Part shown: in pieces, positions 1 to 17,151 of the stretch
Layout of the letters: each line of letters begins with the position of its first letter
Position numbering within the stretch: position 1 is the stretch's first letter
Assembly: GCA_951406725.2 (NCBI GenBank)
Contig: OX597814.1
Span: 94,116,001 to 94,180,000, forward strand
Length of the DNA: 64,000 bases
Direction: 5' to 3'
Source: Octopus vulgaris
Taxonomy: Eukaryota
Notes under the pieces: generated by a model
Told to the model about the DNA's origin: nothing
Database searches by the model: none
Seen by the model: only the letters and a program-made list of their open reading frames with translations
Made by a program: the position numbers and the translations under genes

Positions 1-236
1 TCGTTGAACTGCACGAATTATATCCACACTGGCACTTCTCATTATCGATCAGTCTCTCTGACGGGATATAAACGAAGTAAAAAGTAAATATGTCACACAT
101 GCAGCCACACATACAAATGAATACGTGCATACACACGCACACACATATGTATATGTATAAATTTGTCGGTTGTAATTTTCTACTATACGTTATCAATCTT
201 CACCCATAAGGTTATGGTGATTTTGTGTTTGTCATG

Positions 237-283
<47 letters not shown>

Positions 284-384
284 ACACATTTATATACTTA
301 TACATGTATGCATTTGTGTATGTATATCTGCATGTATGTATATATATGTATGTGTGTATGCATGTGAAAATAAATAGATACAGA

Positions 385-561
<177 letters not shown>

Positions 562-582
562 GTATGTACTTATGTAAGTATG

Positions 583-900
583 AGTTTTATTTCAAGATTT
601 CGGGCCAATAGACAAAGTGCCGGATTCTTCATGTATGTATGTATGTATGTATGTATGTATGTATGTATGTGCAAATTTGTATGTTTTATGTATGTATTCT
701 CATGCATAAAGTTACATATCTAGACATGCTCATATATATTTAAATGATAAACTTCTGGAAATTTTGACAGATTTTTATAGTTCCAGTGATGGATTGGATC
801 TGAAGCCTTCGAATTAGCTTTCTCCTTTCTGGTTTTGAGAAGCCTAATTCCTCAAGTTTAGTATTTAGGCAGTGTGTTACATATTCCAGGGCCCTAATAA
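583..900 (-). mobile_element. 3' end of R4-like RLE non-LTR retrotransposon (same family as 12705-14520)
   Basis: Aligns by eye to 12710-13020 (ttttatttcaagattt; acagatttt.a.agttcca.tgatggattggat; tctcctttctggttt.gagaagcc). Flanked by (TATG)n. Confidence 0.8.
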
Positions 901-1074
901 GTATGTATGTATGTATGTATGTATGTATGTATGTATGTATATATGTATGTATGTATGTATGTATTTATGTATGTATGTATGTATGTATGTAGGTAGGTAG
1001 GTAAATATACATAGATTCCCAACATTTTTACTCGCAAAACGTTGGCCAACCCGAGGCTATAATAGAAAACACTT

Positions 1075-1182
1075 ATTTACATTTGACGGATATTCATTAA
1101 CACTGATATACTCTCCAGCCTTCATCAGTTGTCCTGGGGAAAGTTCGAATTTGGGATCTCATTCCAAAGGTATTTTCGATGC

Positions 1183-1242
<60 letters not shown>

Positions 1243-1446
1243 CATCATCATCATAATAACAATAATAACATCGAAAAATTCCTTTGGCATGAGAATCCAG
1301 ATTCGAAATTTCCCCAGGACAACTGATAAAGGCTGGAGAGTATATCAGCCGAAACGTTGTGATAAGAACAAAGAAGATGAGGACAAATATCCGTCAAAGG
1401 TAAATAATGTAAGTAATGTTCATAAGTCTTCTTTCAAATATAAAAC
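1075..1446. mobile_element. Fold-back Penelope-like terminal-repeat pair with hammerhead motif, inserted into a SINE
   Basis: 1075-1182 is the reverse complement of 1268-1410 around an (ATT)n/(ATC)n/(AAT)n centre. agaaaacactt is duplicated at 1064-1074 and 1447-1457, and the interrupted SINE continues on both sides. Confidence 0.7.
1319..1360 (+). ncRNA. Degenerate minimal type I hammerhead ribozyme motif
   Basis: acaa-CTGATAA-a-ggctg(gagagtatat)cagcc-GAAAC-GT-tgt. The inverted copy retains CTGATGA (1122-1128, minus) but lacks GAAAC. Confidence 0.55.
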
Positions 1447-3784
1447 AGAAAACACTTGCCCATACTTGTCGGGAGATCGAACTGAAATCGAAACCACATG
1501 GCTACTAAACCTTGTACCAACGACTATTGGTTACTAACTCCCTGTTAAATGCAGCAATGCTAACATGGTGGCTTCGACTAGGTATTTACAATATCTGCAC
1601 TGATTTATGAATAAAACCCCAGCAACTGCATACAAATTGTACATAAATAAAAAAAAAATAAGTCATCCTTCCTCAAAACATATTCTGGTGACCGTGGCGT
1701 TACTGTGTGTAGTTCTTTTTGTTTAATATGATGTTCATGAGTGTAGCACTTCTTAAATAAAGTATTAGTATCTGCCTCATTTGATCCTCTCAATTCCAAC
1801 ACCCAGTTTTCAAATGAAGTTTCTGCATAGGAGCAATAGTTTGCACCTTGTACCAATAACACGCATATAAAACGGTTTTATGTTATTACTAAGAAAAAAA
1901 ACTTGCTCATGACATATTGAACTGCTATTCGTATCAGGTCATCATTTCATTAACTAATATCTAAACATAAAACTAAATTATTTATTCGTTTCACACTAAA
2001 ACGAAATAAACGAAAGCCAAACATTAAGTATCGTAACTTTTTCTCCACTATTAATAATCAGCAGCATTCATCAATTAGTTCTTAACACTATTGAATTTGG
2101 AAGAGGAGGAAAATAGGCTTGTGACGCTAGTCTTTATGGTAATGCGGCTAATTACTCAAATCAAATATACTACCATCAGCGTTGAGTTATTTTCACTAAG
2201 TGTTAAAAGGCTTGCGGCTTCTTTACAGAGACAATAGAGTGGTGTTAAAAAATTCAGATACTCACTGCCGAGAAGGCTAAAGTGAAAACACATTCGAATT
2301 ACTGTACATATATACTGTCTATATAGTAAAAGTCGTCATAAAGGATACTACAGTAATTAAAGGTATGTGTAAAGATGTGTGTATATGTAAATATACATAT
2401 TTATTACATAGTGTGTGTGTGTGTATAAATATATGAACATTAGGTTTAGGTAAAATAGGTTTGTTACATATTTCTACTTTTAAATGAGAATTCACAGTAG
2501 TTAACGTGAAGAGGAAATTCTTGTTTATAGTAATAGCAAATATTCCTCACCATTGCTTAGCACAGATATTGTATTTTTTCAGGCCTGGTGGTTAACGAGC
2601 GCAGCTCAGTCACTGGTATTTAATTGAGCCTGTTAAGATAACGCTACAGCTTTAGAATCTGTTATCTCTGTTCGACACCTCCCACTGAGGAAGGGAAAAG
2701 TACCAGAAAAACGCAGTAGAGTCATTTTATTATAAGCAAGAATTCCGTCTCCGCAGCAGCAGCAGCTTTCAGAGGTAGAAATACGTCATATATATTTCAA
2801 CTAAATAGAACAATGCTCTTGTTAATAGTAGCTTGAAAGTTAAAATGCATTGCAACTCCTTAAGCAAACATTTGTATCATTAAAATAGACCTAAGTATAG
2901 ACCTAGGAAAATAATTTCGTTCGACCCCCGTCCTACCTCCCATTTTCTCCTTAAGTGTTAAAATTAACATAGACAGATTCTCATAGATAAACGTTTCCCG
3001 GAAAATCACAAGTACAGAAATATCTTGAACAATTCCTCAATTAAATTATCATATAGTTGCTATCCCAGTATAGAGAACACCCACTTGACAGTTGAAGCTG
3101 TCGTGACTCTGGATCTTCCCACTCGACCTCTCAATTTTTTTTTCGTGATTTCTCTTGTTCTATCGTACTTATTTGTAATTTGTATATAAGCCATGTTTTC
3201 ACGATCCTGACAATTACTTGGAGACAACAGGCGAGTCAGAAAAACCTACTTTTGACCACTTCTGTAACGTATGAAACAAACAGTTGCTCATAAATATATA
3301 TTGTGTACATTCGTACATTAAACGATGTGTGTGTGGGTGTGTTTATATGCAAGATGCCGTTGAATTAGGTTCACGCACAACAATATTATATAAATATCAA
3401 ATTCGGTACATAACTACCGGTCTAATGATACTCTTACAGTGTATGTAGACACTTAGACCCAGTTGCGTGAAGAAATCTGCTCATGAGTAATTCAGTTATG
3501 TACATTATATTATGTTAAATATATAGTTCCTAATATCTACGAAGAGCAGATTCCGAGACAGGTGAATAAAATATAAGGAACAGTACTGTTACTCATTTAT
3601 ATGTATATATGTATATACATACACATATATGTATGTATATCTATATATATGTATGTATGTATAAATAGATGTATATATAAACTTATATATATATATATAT
3701 ATACACACATGAAATAGTAAAACGAGCGTCGTTACAACCCTGAACACCGCAATATCGAATCATAAAAACCATAATACTAGAATT

Positions 3785-4155
3785 ATTTTTCTACGTTAGG
3801 CACAAGATCAGTATTTTGGGAGAGAGGGCCACCCGATTAGATCGACCTCAGTACGCAACTGGTACTTAATTTATCGACCCCGAAAGGCAAAGTCGACCTC
3901 AGCTGAATTTGAACTCAGAACGTAACGGCAGACGAAATACTTATGTATTTACTACCCACAAGGGGCTAAACACAGAGGACAAACAAGGACAGACAAACAG
4001 ATTAAGTCGATTATATAGACCCCAGTGCATAACTGGTACTTATTTAATCGAGCCCCGAAAGAATGAAATGTAAAGTCGACCTCGGCGGAATTTGAACTCA
4101 GACAAAATACCGCTAAGCATTTCGCCCGGCGTGCTAACGATTCTGCCAGCTCGCT
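3785..4155 (-). mobile_element. Composite tRNA-like SINE (family with ttctgagttcaaattccgccgaggtcgactttgcc core)
   Basis: B-box-like gagttcaaattcc on the minus strand, twice. Recurs at 15065, 30875, 36625, 39730, 39925, 49820, 58865 and 59375. Confidence 0.8.
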
Positions 4156-5359
4156 GTCTTCACAATACTTGGAAGCTTGAAATAACAAGAACTACATTGT
4201 GGAATAACATGATATGAAAAGGTCAAAATTCTAAAGTTTTAAATATTTTAGAGTGAAATAATTGGTAAAACGTCTTGAGTGGGGCATTGATTTTACAGTT
4301 TTAGGGTCGATTTTATTTGAGAATCATATCGAATTATATCTATTTAAAAAAAGAGTAAAAGTGTTCTACAGTCAAAGGATATCGAACATAAAACCCAAAG
4401 TGCAAATAGCAGTTTACATTTTCATATTACAGAATATTTTCGTTCTTTCAATTTAAACGTTCTTTGAACTTGAACGTAATAATTTTCATTTAAAGAATGA
4501 ATTTTGAAACATGGAATAAATAATTTAATCTAACGCACATGCTTTCATCCACTTAGCCTTCACGCTTTCGTTGCATACTGACAATTTACAAAGTTTCAGT
4601 ATGTCAATAATAGGTTATTGACGTACATAAGGTTGTTTTGACAAGCATGTCATGCATTTCTCTCTCACTCTCTCTCTCACTTTCTCTGTCTTTCTCACTC
4701 TCTTTCTCTCGGAATGTGTGTGTATGTGCATATGTGGGTATGTGTGTGTGTGCTTTACTAAAGAGAGTGTTACTTTACAAAGAAACAGGTTGAGAAAGAG
4801 AGAGAAATAGAAAGAGAGAGAAAGAGAAAGAAATAGAGGGAAATGACTTTTGGGTGACGGAAACCAAGTATTACTAGAAGACTGAAATATCTAGAAAGAT
4901 GAGAAGGCAGAAATAGAATGAAGCAAACTTGAGGGCTGGAAGGAGAATGAAATGGGGGATTTCCTTGTTCTTAACGACGGAAGCCCTCCTTTCCGACATT
5001 CATTTTGTTCTCTTTGCACTACAAATACATTCTTTTCCAAATTCTCTGTACTTGACTCTTCCAATACAACTTCCCTACACATTTAGAGATAATTAAATTC
5101 TTTGTTACTACCAGACTCTGATAGCCTAGGGACTCACTTTTTTTTACAACAATGGCTTTTATCAAAATTGTCAAGACTTACTATTTTTCTAGCGGATTAT
5201 AGACTTAGAATGTTTTGAACTTTACCAGGTATGTATGTGTGTCTGTGTGTGTGTATAATGCACACATACATATCTAAATATGAACGTGCACACATACATA
5301 CATATATATATATATATACATACATATATATCTATATAATTATATATATATATATATGC

Positions 5360-5469
<110 letters not shown>

Positions 5470-5662
5470 TTGTTTGGCGTTTAACCATCCAAATACATGA
5501 AAATATATACATATATATACTACAAATACTACTATTATGATAGCACAGTAATCTGAGGACCAACTATCACCCTTACCACTACATCCACCCTTGCTACTAT
5601 TACTGTTGCTGCAGCCATTGCTGCTAATACACATGAAAACAATATCAGTGATGATGATGATG

Positions 5663-5735
<73 letters not shown>

Positions 5736-5755
5736 TAATAATAGTAATAATAATA

Positions 5756-6508
5756 AAACGTATAGAAGGTGGTACAGGCCTTATACAGCTGGAAAACTAC
5801 TATAAAATAACCACCATAGGACTGCAAAAATATCTACTTCAGAAGGAAGGAAAACTGATACAAATAGCGGCAAAACACGAGCAAAACAAAAAACTATTCT
5901 CAGTATTTAAGGAAGCTGACAAATACAAACAAGAAATCATACCACCTAATAAATATGAAGAAGAAGAAGAAGAAGAAGAAGAAGAAGAAGAAGAAGAAGA
6001 AGAAGAAGAAGAAGAAGAAGAAGAAGAAGATGAAGAAACAACAAAAGCTATAAAACAAATGAAATCCAAACTAAAAATAGAACAGCAACGAACCATGATA
6101 AAACGATGGCAAGAAAAGCCCCTTCATGGTAAATACTGGACTAAACTAAACGCAAAAGAAATAGACAAAGAAAAATCCCAGCAATGGTTGAGAAGCTCAG
6201 GACTCAAAGCAGAGACAGAGGGATTTTTAATTGCGGCACAAGACCAAAGCCTCCCCACCAGAAATTACCAAAAACATGTAATGAAAAGAAATATAACAAG
6301 TAACTGCAGAATATGTGGAGATGGACAAGAAACAATAAATCATATTATCTTTAGCTGCCCAGTCCTGGCTAAGAAGGAATATATTCACAGACATGACAGA
6401 GTTGGAACCTACATACATTGGAAGCTATGCCAACATTATGGAATAACAACAGAAAAAAGATGGTATAGGCACACACCAGAAAACGAGAAAGCAACCATAC
6501 TCTGGGAT
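5756..6508 (+). mobile_element. R4/Dong-like RLE non-LTR retrotransposon fragment A (post-RT region with CCHC knuckle)
   Basis: KRIEGGTGL..., WQEKPLHGKY, WLRSSGLKAETEGFLIAAQDQSL, CRICGDGQETINHIIFSC, RHDRV, ILWD. Preceded by (TAA)n; contains an in-frame (GAA)n tract. Confidence 0.9.
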
Positions 6509-9390
<2,882 letters not shown>

Positions 9391-9789
9391 TAATAATAAT
9401 AATAATAATAATAGTTATAATGATGGTGATGATTATGATGATGATGATCATCATCATCATCATGATCATGATCATGATGATCAGGATGGCGATGATGATG
9501 ATCATGATGATTAATTGTTTACTGATTTGGGCACAAAGTTATTATAATTATGATTATAATTATTATAATTAGTCGATGCTCTCGATCCCAACACTTGACT
9601 GATACTGTATTTTATGGACATGATAGCTAAAGGTGGCTCTGGTTGGATTTGAACTGAGTAAATAACGAGTTGGAGGTGCTAACAAGGCGTTTTAACTGAC
9701 ATTTAACGCTTAATCAATAAAATAACGTGAAATCATTGGGTGGTTCACGTCTTTTAGCATAAGGCATTTTCGTCCGCGTTACGCAGCTT

Positions 9790-10135
9790 ATGTTGGTCAG
9801 GTACCAACTTGATTGCAAAGTTAACCACCCATTGTTCGACCCTGTTAATCTCAATGCACTTGATAGGTTTCTCTACAGCTTTCCTAGAGAATTCTGCTCC
9901 TCTACTAACCAATCATTTAAGGATTTTGCGGTGCAAGCATTCTCTAAAGTCTCATCAGCTCGACTCTATGGGTACAGAGTGTATTCGAGCCTCTGTTCTG
10001 ACAACTTCCTACCATTTTTTTATATATGTTCTTGTTGGTTTCTCTCTTTGACATTTTTTTTCGAAACATTCTTCCCATGGAACTGTATGTTCCAGCTTGA
10101 TGTGTTTAGCGGTGCAATAGAAACTCGCAAAAAAC
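9790..10135 (-). mobile_element. HERO-like RLE non-LTR retrotransposon 3' fragment
   Basis: Minus strand IKLEHTVPWEECFEK (cf. LELTVPWEE of HERO-type RLE domains), followed by frameshifted HSVPIE and RNLS..GWL segments. Confidence 0.6.
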
Positions 10136-10143
10136 ATTGACAT

Positions 10144-10300
<157 letters not shown>

Positions 10301-11221
10301 TGGGGTGACGGTTGCAACTCAAGCGAAGCTTGCATCAGAAATATCGTTGCATCTTAACACTACTCTTGTTATGCTATCATTCTTTTCGTCTAAGATTCTT
10401 GGGTTCTCTATCTCTCCCCCCTCTCCCCCCCTCTCTCTTTCTCTCTCTCTCTCTTAAGAGTTAAGAAAATATTTCCAACAGAAATGCTTTAGAAAAATAA
10501 AAGATGCTTTCAATTGTGCAAGTTGTAGCAATCGAGGATAACTTATTTATACGTTTGCTTATTGTCATGTTCGAGTGTTCTTATCTCAAAAGTTCCAGTC
10601 AGAGCAATCTTTCAGTTTCCCAAACTTAATTTATATGTTTTAAATTCATTTGAACGTTTTTTCTTTTGAATTATATTATGTACACTCATGTCTACGCTCA
10701 CTCACAAAACGCTCTTATACGCGAATATATAATCACATATAATCACGCATAATTCATTCGCGTTTGCAAGCACTCACGAATACATCTACAAACATATTAC
10801 TTTTCTACGATGATTCTTTCCTGGAATCCATGATTTCATCATAACAGCCACAAAATCATATTTTAGCTTTTGTACAACACTTTCCAAAATCGCGATGATC
10901 TAAAAAAAATCTGAATTTAAAATTCTATCTTTATGCCTATTATTGAATAAGTGATTTCTTTCATCGATATTTTTTGAAATTTTAAACTCGTAATTGCTTC
11001 TTTGATCACAAAAACTATTTGCTTTGCCAGTAGATATGGATAATAATTTGGTCATAACTTTTGTTGAATTCAGGTGTATTTCATTGGTTTATTATTACCG
11101 AATATGATATTGTAATTGAAGTATCGTGTAAACAATTTGTTTGATTATAACATTTAATATTCAGTTGCTTGAAAAGGATTTCGAAATATTAAAGTAAATC
11201 ATGTTTTAGTAAAAAAATTAA

Positions 11222-11360
11222 TCGCAGTGGCTGTGTGCTACATGGTTCCGGGATCAGTCCCACAGCATGGCACCTTGGGCAAGTGGCTTCTACTATAGCC
11301 TCGGGCCAACCAAAGCCTTATGAGTGGATTTGGTAGACGGAAACTGAAAGAAGCCCGTCG

Positions 11361-11416
<56 letters not shown>

Positions 11417-11600
11417 TCTCCCCAACATCGCTTAACAACCGATGCTGATGTGCTTACGACCCCGTAACTTAGCGGTTCGGCAAAAGAGACCGACAGAATA
11501 AGTACTATGCTTACAAAGAATAAGTCCTGGGGTCGATGTGCTCGACTAAAGGCGGTACTCCAGCAAGGCCACAGTCAAATGACTGAAACAAATAAAAGAG
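11222..11600 (+). mobile_element. tRNA-derived SINE with internal (TA)n(TG)n (octopus-type family)
   Basis: catggttccggg.tcagtccca..ggcaccttgggcaagtg.cttctactatagcctcgg...ggcggt.ctccagc..ggcc.cagtcaaatgactgaaac. Copies at 28835, 36170(-), 56660 and 61490(-). Confidence 0.85.
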
Positions 11601-12704
11601 CTTGTAGGATAAAAAAAACACATACTATAAAATGTTTTTTCATAAGTCTGTCGGCATTTCAAGGTCGGGTATAAGCTATCATGATTAGAGCGAAAACACG
11701 TTGAATGAAGAACGAAATAAAACAAAATATGTACGAATTTTGTAATTTATTCTCAAGGTTTTAAAGTGTTCCTTCATTTGTATTTTAAAAGATTTTGTGT
11801 TAATGTCTCACAATTTCTTATTGTTTGTTCTTTTAACTGTTTCTTTAGATTTGAAATATATTTCTCTTTTTCTTTGAATCTACTTATGTTTTTATCTAAA
11901 TGCCGGTTTTATTACTTTCCTATATCTCATTCACTTATAAATATATTCATGTGTATACATTCACTTTCTTATATATTAATGTGTCTAAACGCCAAAGAAA
12001 TAGGAAAAAGAAACGAAAAGAAAGAAAGAGAGGTGTCGATGCGTATGTTCATGTACACACCTTCATATTCACATGCAAATTTTTGGAGATATTGACATCA
12101 AGGCTATGGGAAATTATGTCACAAATTGTTAATATGTCATTTAAAATACTAATTTTATAGTTCTTATCGCAATGATATTACATTAGTTTCTTTTGTTGGC
12201 TGATTCTCATGTAGCAACAATGAAATTGTTCTAGATTTGCGCAGAGATTGTCTTGTTTAAAATTTTCCTGATATATTACTTTATTCTGTACATTAAACTA
12301 AGTTTAGTGATTTTTCTTTATTATATTGTTACGTATTTATAGGTATTTCATTGACTTCTAAGACATTTCAAAGGACTAATCAGTTTTGTGAATATTTATT
12401 CAACAAAAGCGCAAATCTAAGACTACAAAATTTCTGCAAGCATATCTTAGCACACTATTTTAAACTATACATGACTTTTCAATAAAAATATTTTAAAAGC
12501 AAATAACAACAAAAAAGTAGATTTTAAGGAGACATAACGAGAAAAATGATAATTGCATGAATTCGATTAATTCGATCGCTTAGAATTTCTCCTTTTCATA
12601 AGGAAGTTATAAATTTGCTTATTAGTTATGCGTACACCCTAAAACCGCAATATATATAGTTTCTCTTAATTCTGTAATTATCTTTGCACCGTCAAAGGTA
12701 TGTC

Positions 12705-14520
12705 ATTATTCAGTTTTATTTCAAGATTTTTGGTCCCAAAAGAAATAGGGCCGGTTTCCTTCATTAGAATTTGAACAGGGTACTTTTGCATGTTTGCAGA
12801 TTTCTGTTTTGTTTTATGTATGTCTTCGCATGCATGTACTTGCATGCTCATATATACTAAACTGAGACACTTCTGAAAAGTGTTACAGATTTTTACAGTT
12901 CCAATGATGGATTGGATTTGTAGTCTTCGAATCAGTTTTCTCCTTTCTGGTTTCGAGAAGCCAAATTTATCAAGATTGTTATTTAGGCTGTGTTTTACGT
13001 ATCCCAGTAACCCAATAATTACAGGTATAAACCTGAACTTGTAATCTGGATAGAGTAACTGCAGATTTCTCAATATTTCAGCGTAGATATTCTCTTTGTC
13101 ACAGATCTTCAGCTTTATCTTAACAGTCACTGGGCTGTTGATTTCCGCAACTGTACACAGTTTCTTTTTCCTATCCCAAATCATTGTATCAAGTCTACTG
13201 GGTTTACATTTTCTTGTGGTTTTCACTAGAACATTTCACCACCACTCTTTATTATGAGTGGCTTTGGCCTCCACCACACTGTGGGTACTTGTGTCTTTGT
13301 CCTCGGGTTTATCCTTTAGACGGGTCTCATTATACAGTCTCCTAGCGATAGTATCATATATCATCGGTAGATGATACCGTGATAACATTTTTGGATGACT
13401 GATTATGATGTGGGCAATACCTTCGGTGTTAACTCCACAAAGTCCGCATGGGTCGTCATATTTTACTGCTTTTGATACATCTCTGTCCCTTTTGTGCATC
13501 AAGTATTTGTTGGTATTTCCTGTTACTAGATTGCAAACGCATACCCTTCAAAGTGGGAGGGAGTAATCCGGTTAGTGGTCCATGATACACTGTTTTGATG
13601 ATCAATGTTACTATCATCTCGAAGTTTTCTACTAACATGTCCATGCATAGATTTCTGCTCATATACGTGCATCCCTTCATCTGATGGCATGTTAATGTAG
13701 AGTCGTGCGACTTCTTTGGGCATGTATTTAACGTTACCAGATAAGGTATGCTCAAGGAGCTGCCTTCCATGCCTTATGATCTCAGGTTTGTTAACTTGGT
13801 GAAGGGATGCACTTCGAATGCTTGGTGGTTAAACAATGTCGCCGAAGGGATATGATACGATATTCAAAGGTAGACTGGATTGATGTTAAGCCTTTGCTGC
13901 TTTGTTTTCGTTTTAGAGAAGAGGAGGTCTACGTCATTGTTCATGTGGAAATTATGTGTGCTGGTTAGTGGCTTCCGGGTTTTCCCATCAATGGCTCGGA
14001 TTTCATCAAGCGTCCAGTCAAGCAGCCCAAATGTTGATGTGAGTACTGGCACTGCAAACACACTATGAGCCACTGTCTTATTGAATGCAAAGAGTTCCGA
14101 GGTAAAAGTTTTCTTTATTCGACTGTAATTTTCTTTACTGACACGTGTTTTGTTACAGGCACCGTTGTAAGATATGTTTTCAGCCACCCCTAGATAACTG
14201 TAATATTCCACAGCACATACAGCAGAACCAGTTAAGTCATTGATGGCGATGTTTCTAGTCTAGTTTACAGTTTTCTCTTTTTTAACTGCCATACAGCAAC
14301 ATTTCCCCAGATCAAACTCCAACCCTATCTCCTATGAGAACGTTGTAACAAGATCAAGGTTCTTCATCATATCGTGCTTAATCTTTGCATATAGTTTCAA
14401 GTTATCCACAAAGAAACAGTGTTTAATTTTGGTATTACTGTTTCTTTGTAAACTAGTGACATATCTTTCAAACTTCCTTAACATGAATGAGAAGGGGTGT
14501 ATAGAAAGCATATACAACAT
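12705..14520 (-). mobile_element. R4-like RLE non-LTR retrotransposon, decayed RT to endonuclease (distinct family from A-C)
   Basis: HCFFVDNLKLYA, YSYLGV, NKTVAHSVFAVPVLT, SHFEGYAFAI, CGLCGVNTEGIAHII, RLDTMIWDRKKKLCTVAE, FIPVIIGLLG; many stops and frameshifts. Confidence 0.88.
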
Positions 14521-14764
14521 CACAGAAAGGCTGTCTCCTTGGAATATGCCACTGTGATACTGTGTTCTATCAGTGATAATACAGTAGCTCCTCGTTTATA
14601 TATATATGTGTGTATGTATTTATGTATGTATTTATGTATGTATGTATGTATGTATGTATGTGTATACGTATGTATGTATGTATGTGTGTATGTATGTGTA
14701 TATGTATGTGTGTATGTATGTGTGTGTATGTATGTGTGTGTGTATGTATGTATGTGAGTGTGTA

Positions 14765-15050
14765 AAGGTGCGTGGCTTCGTGGTAAGAGTATGCGACTCA
14801 CGATCATAAGGTCGGTAGATTGGGTCCTTGAGCAAGACACTTTATTTCATTATCAGCTGAGATAATGAGTTTCACATGGATTTCGAAGGGACAGTCATGT
14901 TACAATCTGTGTTACGCTGAATCACCGAGAACTACAACAAAGGTAAGCATGTCTGTGGAGTTATCTGCCACATGCACATTAATTTCACGAGCAGAGTATT
15001 CTGTTGATCGGATCGACTGGAACACGTTTCGTCGTAACCGACGGCATACC
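14765..15050 (+). mobile_element. tRNA-derived SINE, third family
   Basis: A-box-like ggcgtggcttcgtggtaag; body tgtgttacgctgaatc.ccgagaactac...gtcgtaaccgacgg shared with 31320-31435 and 51295-51668. Confidence 0.7.
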
Positions 15051-15064
15051 TTTTATATATATAT

Positions 15065-15295
15065 ATGTTTCTTTATTACCCACAAGGGGCTAAACATAGA
15101 GGGGACAAATAAAGACAGAAAAACGAATTAAGTCGATTACATCGACCCCAGTGCGTAACTGGTATTTTATTTATTGACTCCGAAAGGATAAAAGGCAAAG
15201 TCGACCTCGGCGGAATTTGAACTCAGAACGTAACGGCAGACGAAATACCGCTAGTCATTTCGCCCGGCGCGCTAACGTTACTGCCAGCTCGCCTT
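15065..15295 (-). mobile_element. SINE (ttctgagttcaaattccgccgaggtcgac family)
   Basis: Near-identical to 3950-4150 and 59030-59245. Confidence 0.85.
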
Positions 15296-16247
15296 TTTTA
15301 TATATATATATATGTGTGTGTGAGAGAGAGAGAGTGGGTGGGGTGGGTGTTTGGGTACGTATGTGTATACATATACATACATATAAATGGACTTAAATGT
15401 ACATATGTATATTTGCTCGTATATTTAAATGTACATATATATATTTATACGTATAAAACAAAGGGGGGGTATTTCTACAGTTTACAACCGATTCTCTCTC
15501 TTTCTTCTCTGTTACTTCGTCCCGTCTCTCTCTTTTTCTCATTCTCTGTTTCTCTTGCTTATATATATTCTCTCTCACCCTCTGTAATAGTTCCTATCTT
15601 TAAGTCTACGTCTGTTTCTTTCATTCTCTCCGACTCTCACTTCCCCATCCTCTCTCTCTCTCTTTAACTTGACCAATAACATCTATCTACACATTGAGTT
15701 CCGTGTATTTCAAATAGTCTTGCAGTTGCGGTTCTTGTACGTTCTCACTGAAAAATAATTTAGTTGTGTGAGACACACAAGGAAGTCAATTTATAAACAT
15801 AACTTACAAAGCTCTAGACAAAATAGCTTGAGTGAAAAAACTTAACCCTCTCTAGAATAGGTTTTTTCGAACGCATCACCGCTCAGTAGCTCGGTTGAAA
15901 TGTTATTGGTTAGTAATAAAGGCTTAGCAACTGCTATGTGACCTATAGCGGTCATACCTACGCATGACTCACCGCACACACAAGATATTTCTATAGAGAG
16001 GGAAATATAAATAGTGTATTTAAATAGACGGAGCGCAAACAATTTAAATTAAGTAATATTGCAGGGATAACGTACAAATACTCTATAGGCAAATATATTT
16101 ACCCACGACAAAATTGTCAACTTTTAGCAGATATGGCAAAACTGAATTTAAACACACTGGGTGAGCTAAGATTAAAAATAACTAAATTATTTTTCAGTGA
16201 GAACGTACAAGAACCGCAACTGCAGAGATTTTTACGCAAGACTATAT

Positions 16248-16298
<51 letters not shown>

Positions 16299-17075
16299 CG
16301 AGAAGAAAATGGAGGACAGATGACAAACAGAAGTGTGTCTTTTGTGCTAGTAAGCCATTATTTAATTAATAAATAAAGGTGAGAGTGAGAGTGAAGTTGT
16401 TTACGATCGTTTCTGTTTACCATAGTGAAGAAAACATATATTACATTTTTGCATCGTTGCTAATGGTAGACCTCTTCAGAACGAAGAAGTCGGAGGTAGG
16501 AAAATGGTCTCTCGGTGTCTTTATTGTTAAAAATTGTTTATTGAAGCTTGACTACCTCAAAGGTACGAAAACCAATGCTAATTTTAGGATATTTCCAAGA
16601 AATTGCAAGAATAACAACCTGTGTGAAGTTTCAATTCCAAAAGTAGAGACAAATTTTTATAAAATTCTTTTTGACAATTCGTTCGTCTAGAGACGAAAAT
16701 ATTTTTTATAATGTTTAAATAGAAAAACAACATACAAAGCTTCATTAATAGAAAATGTTGTTAATGTAGTGAACTATAATTATTGTTATAATTCTCTAAA
16801 AAAAATCATTATTTTCGTAATAAAAATTCTATTCTTTTATTACTTTTAGTTGTTGTCGGTTGTGTTTTTCTCAAAGAAGTAAAATTTCTACTTTGTTTGA
16901 ATTGTTTATTGTCTTTACAAAATTTTCCATTTCACTTCGATTTTTATACCGTGATATTATATTATTATTTTCAAGCAGATGTATTTTATAATGTGGTTTC
17001 TCTACACAGACATAGGTCATTCTTTATGTGCTGTTCATCTTGTTATGTAAATTCAGTTGCATTGAAAGTACTCTA

Positions 17076-17151
<76 letters not shown>

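Noticed and set aside
11222-11300. tRNA genes at SINE heads
   Set aside because: A/B-box-like motifs only; no cloverleaf, and each is followed by a SINE body.
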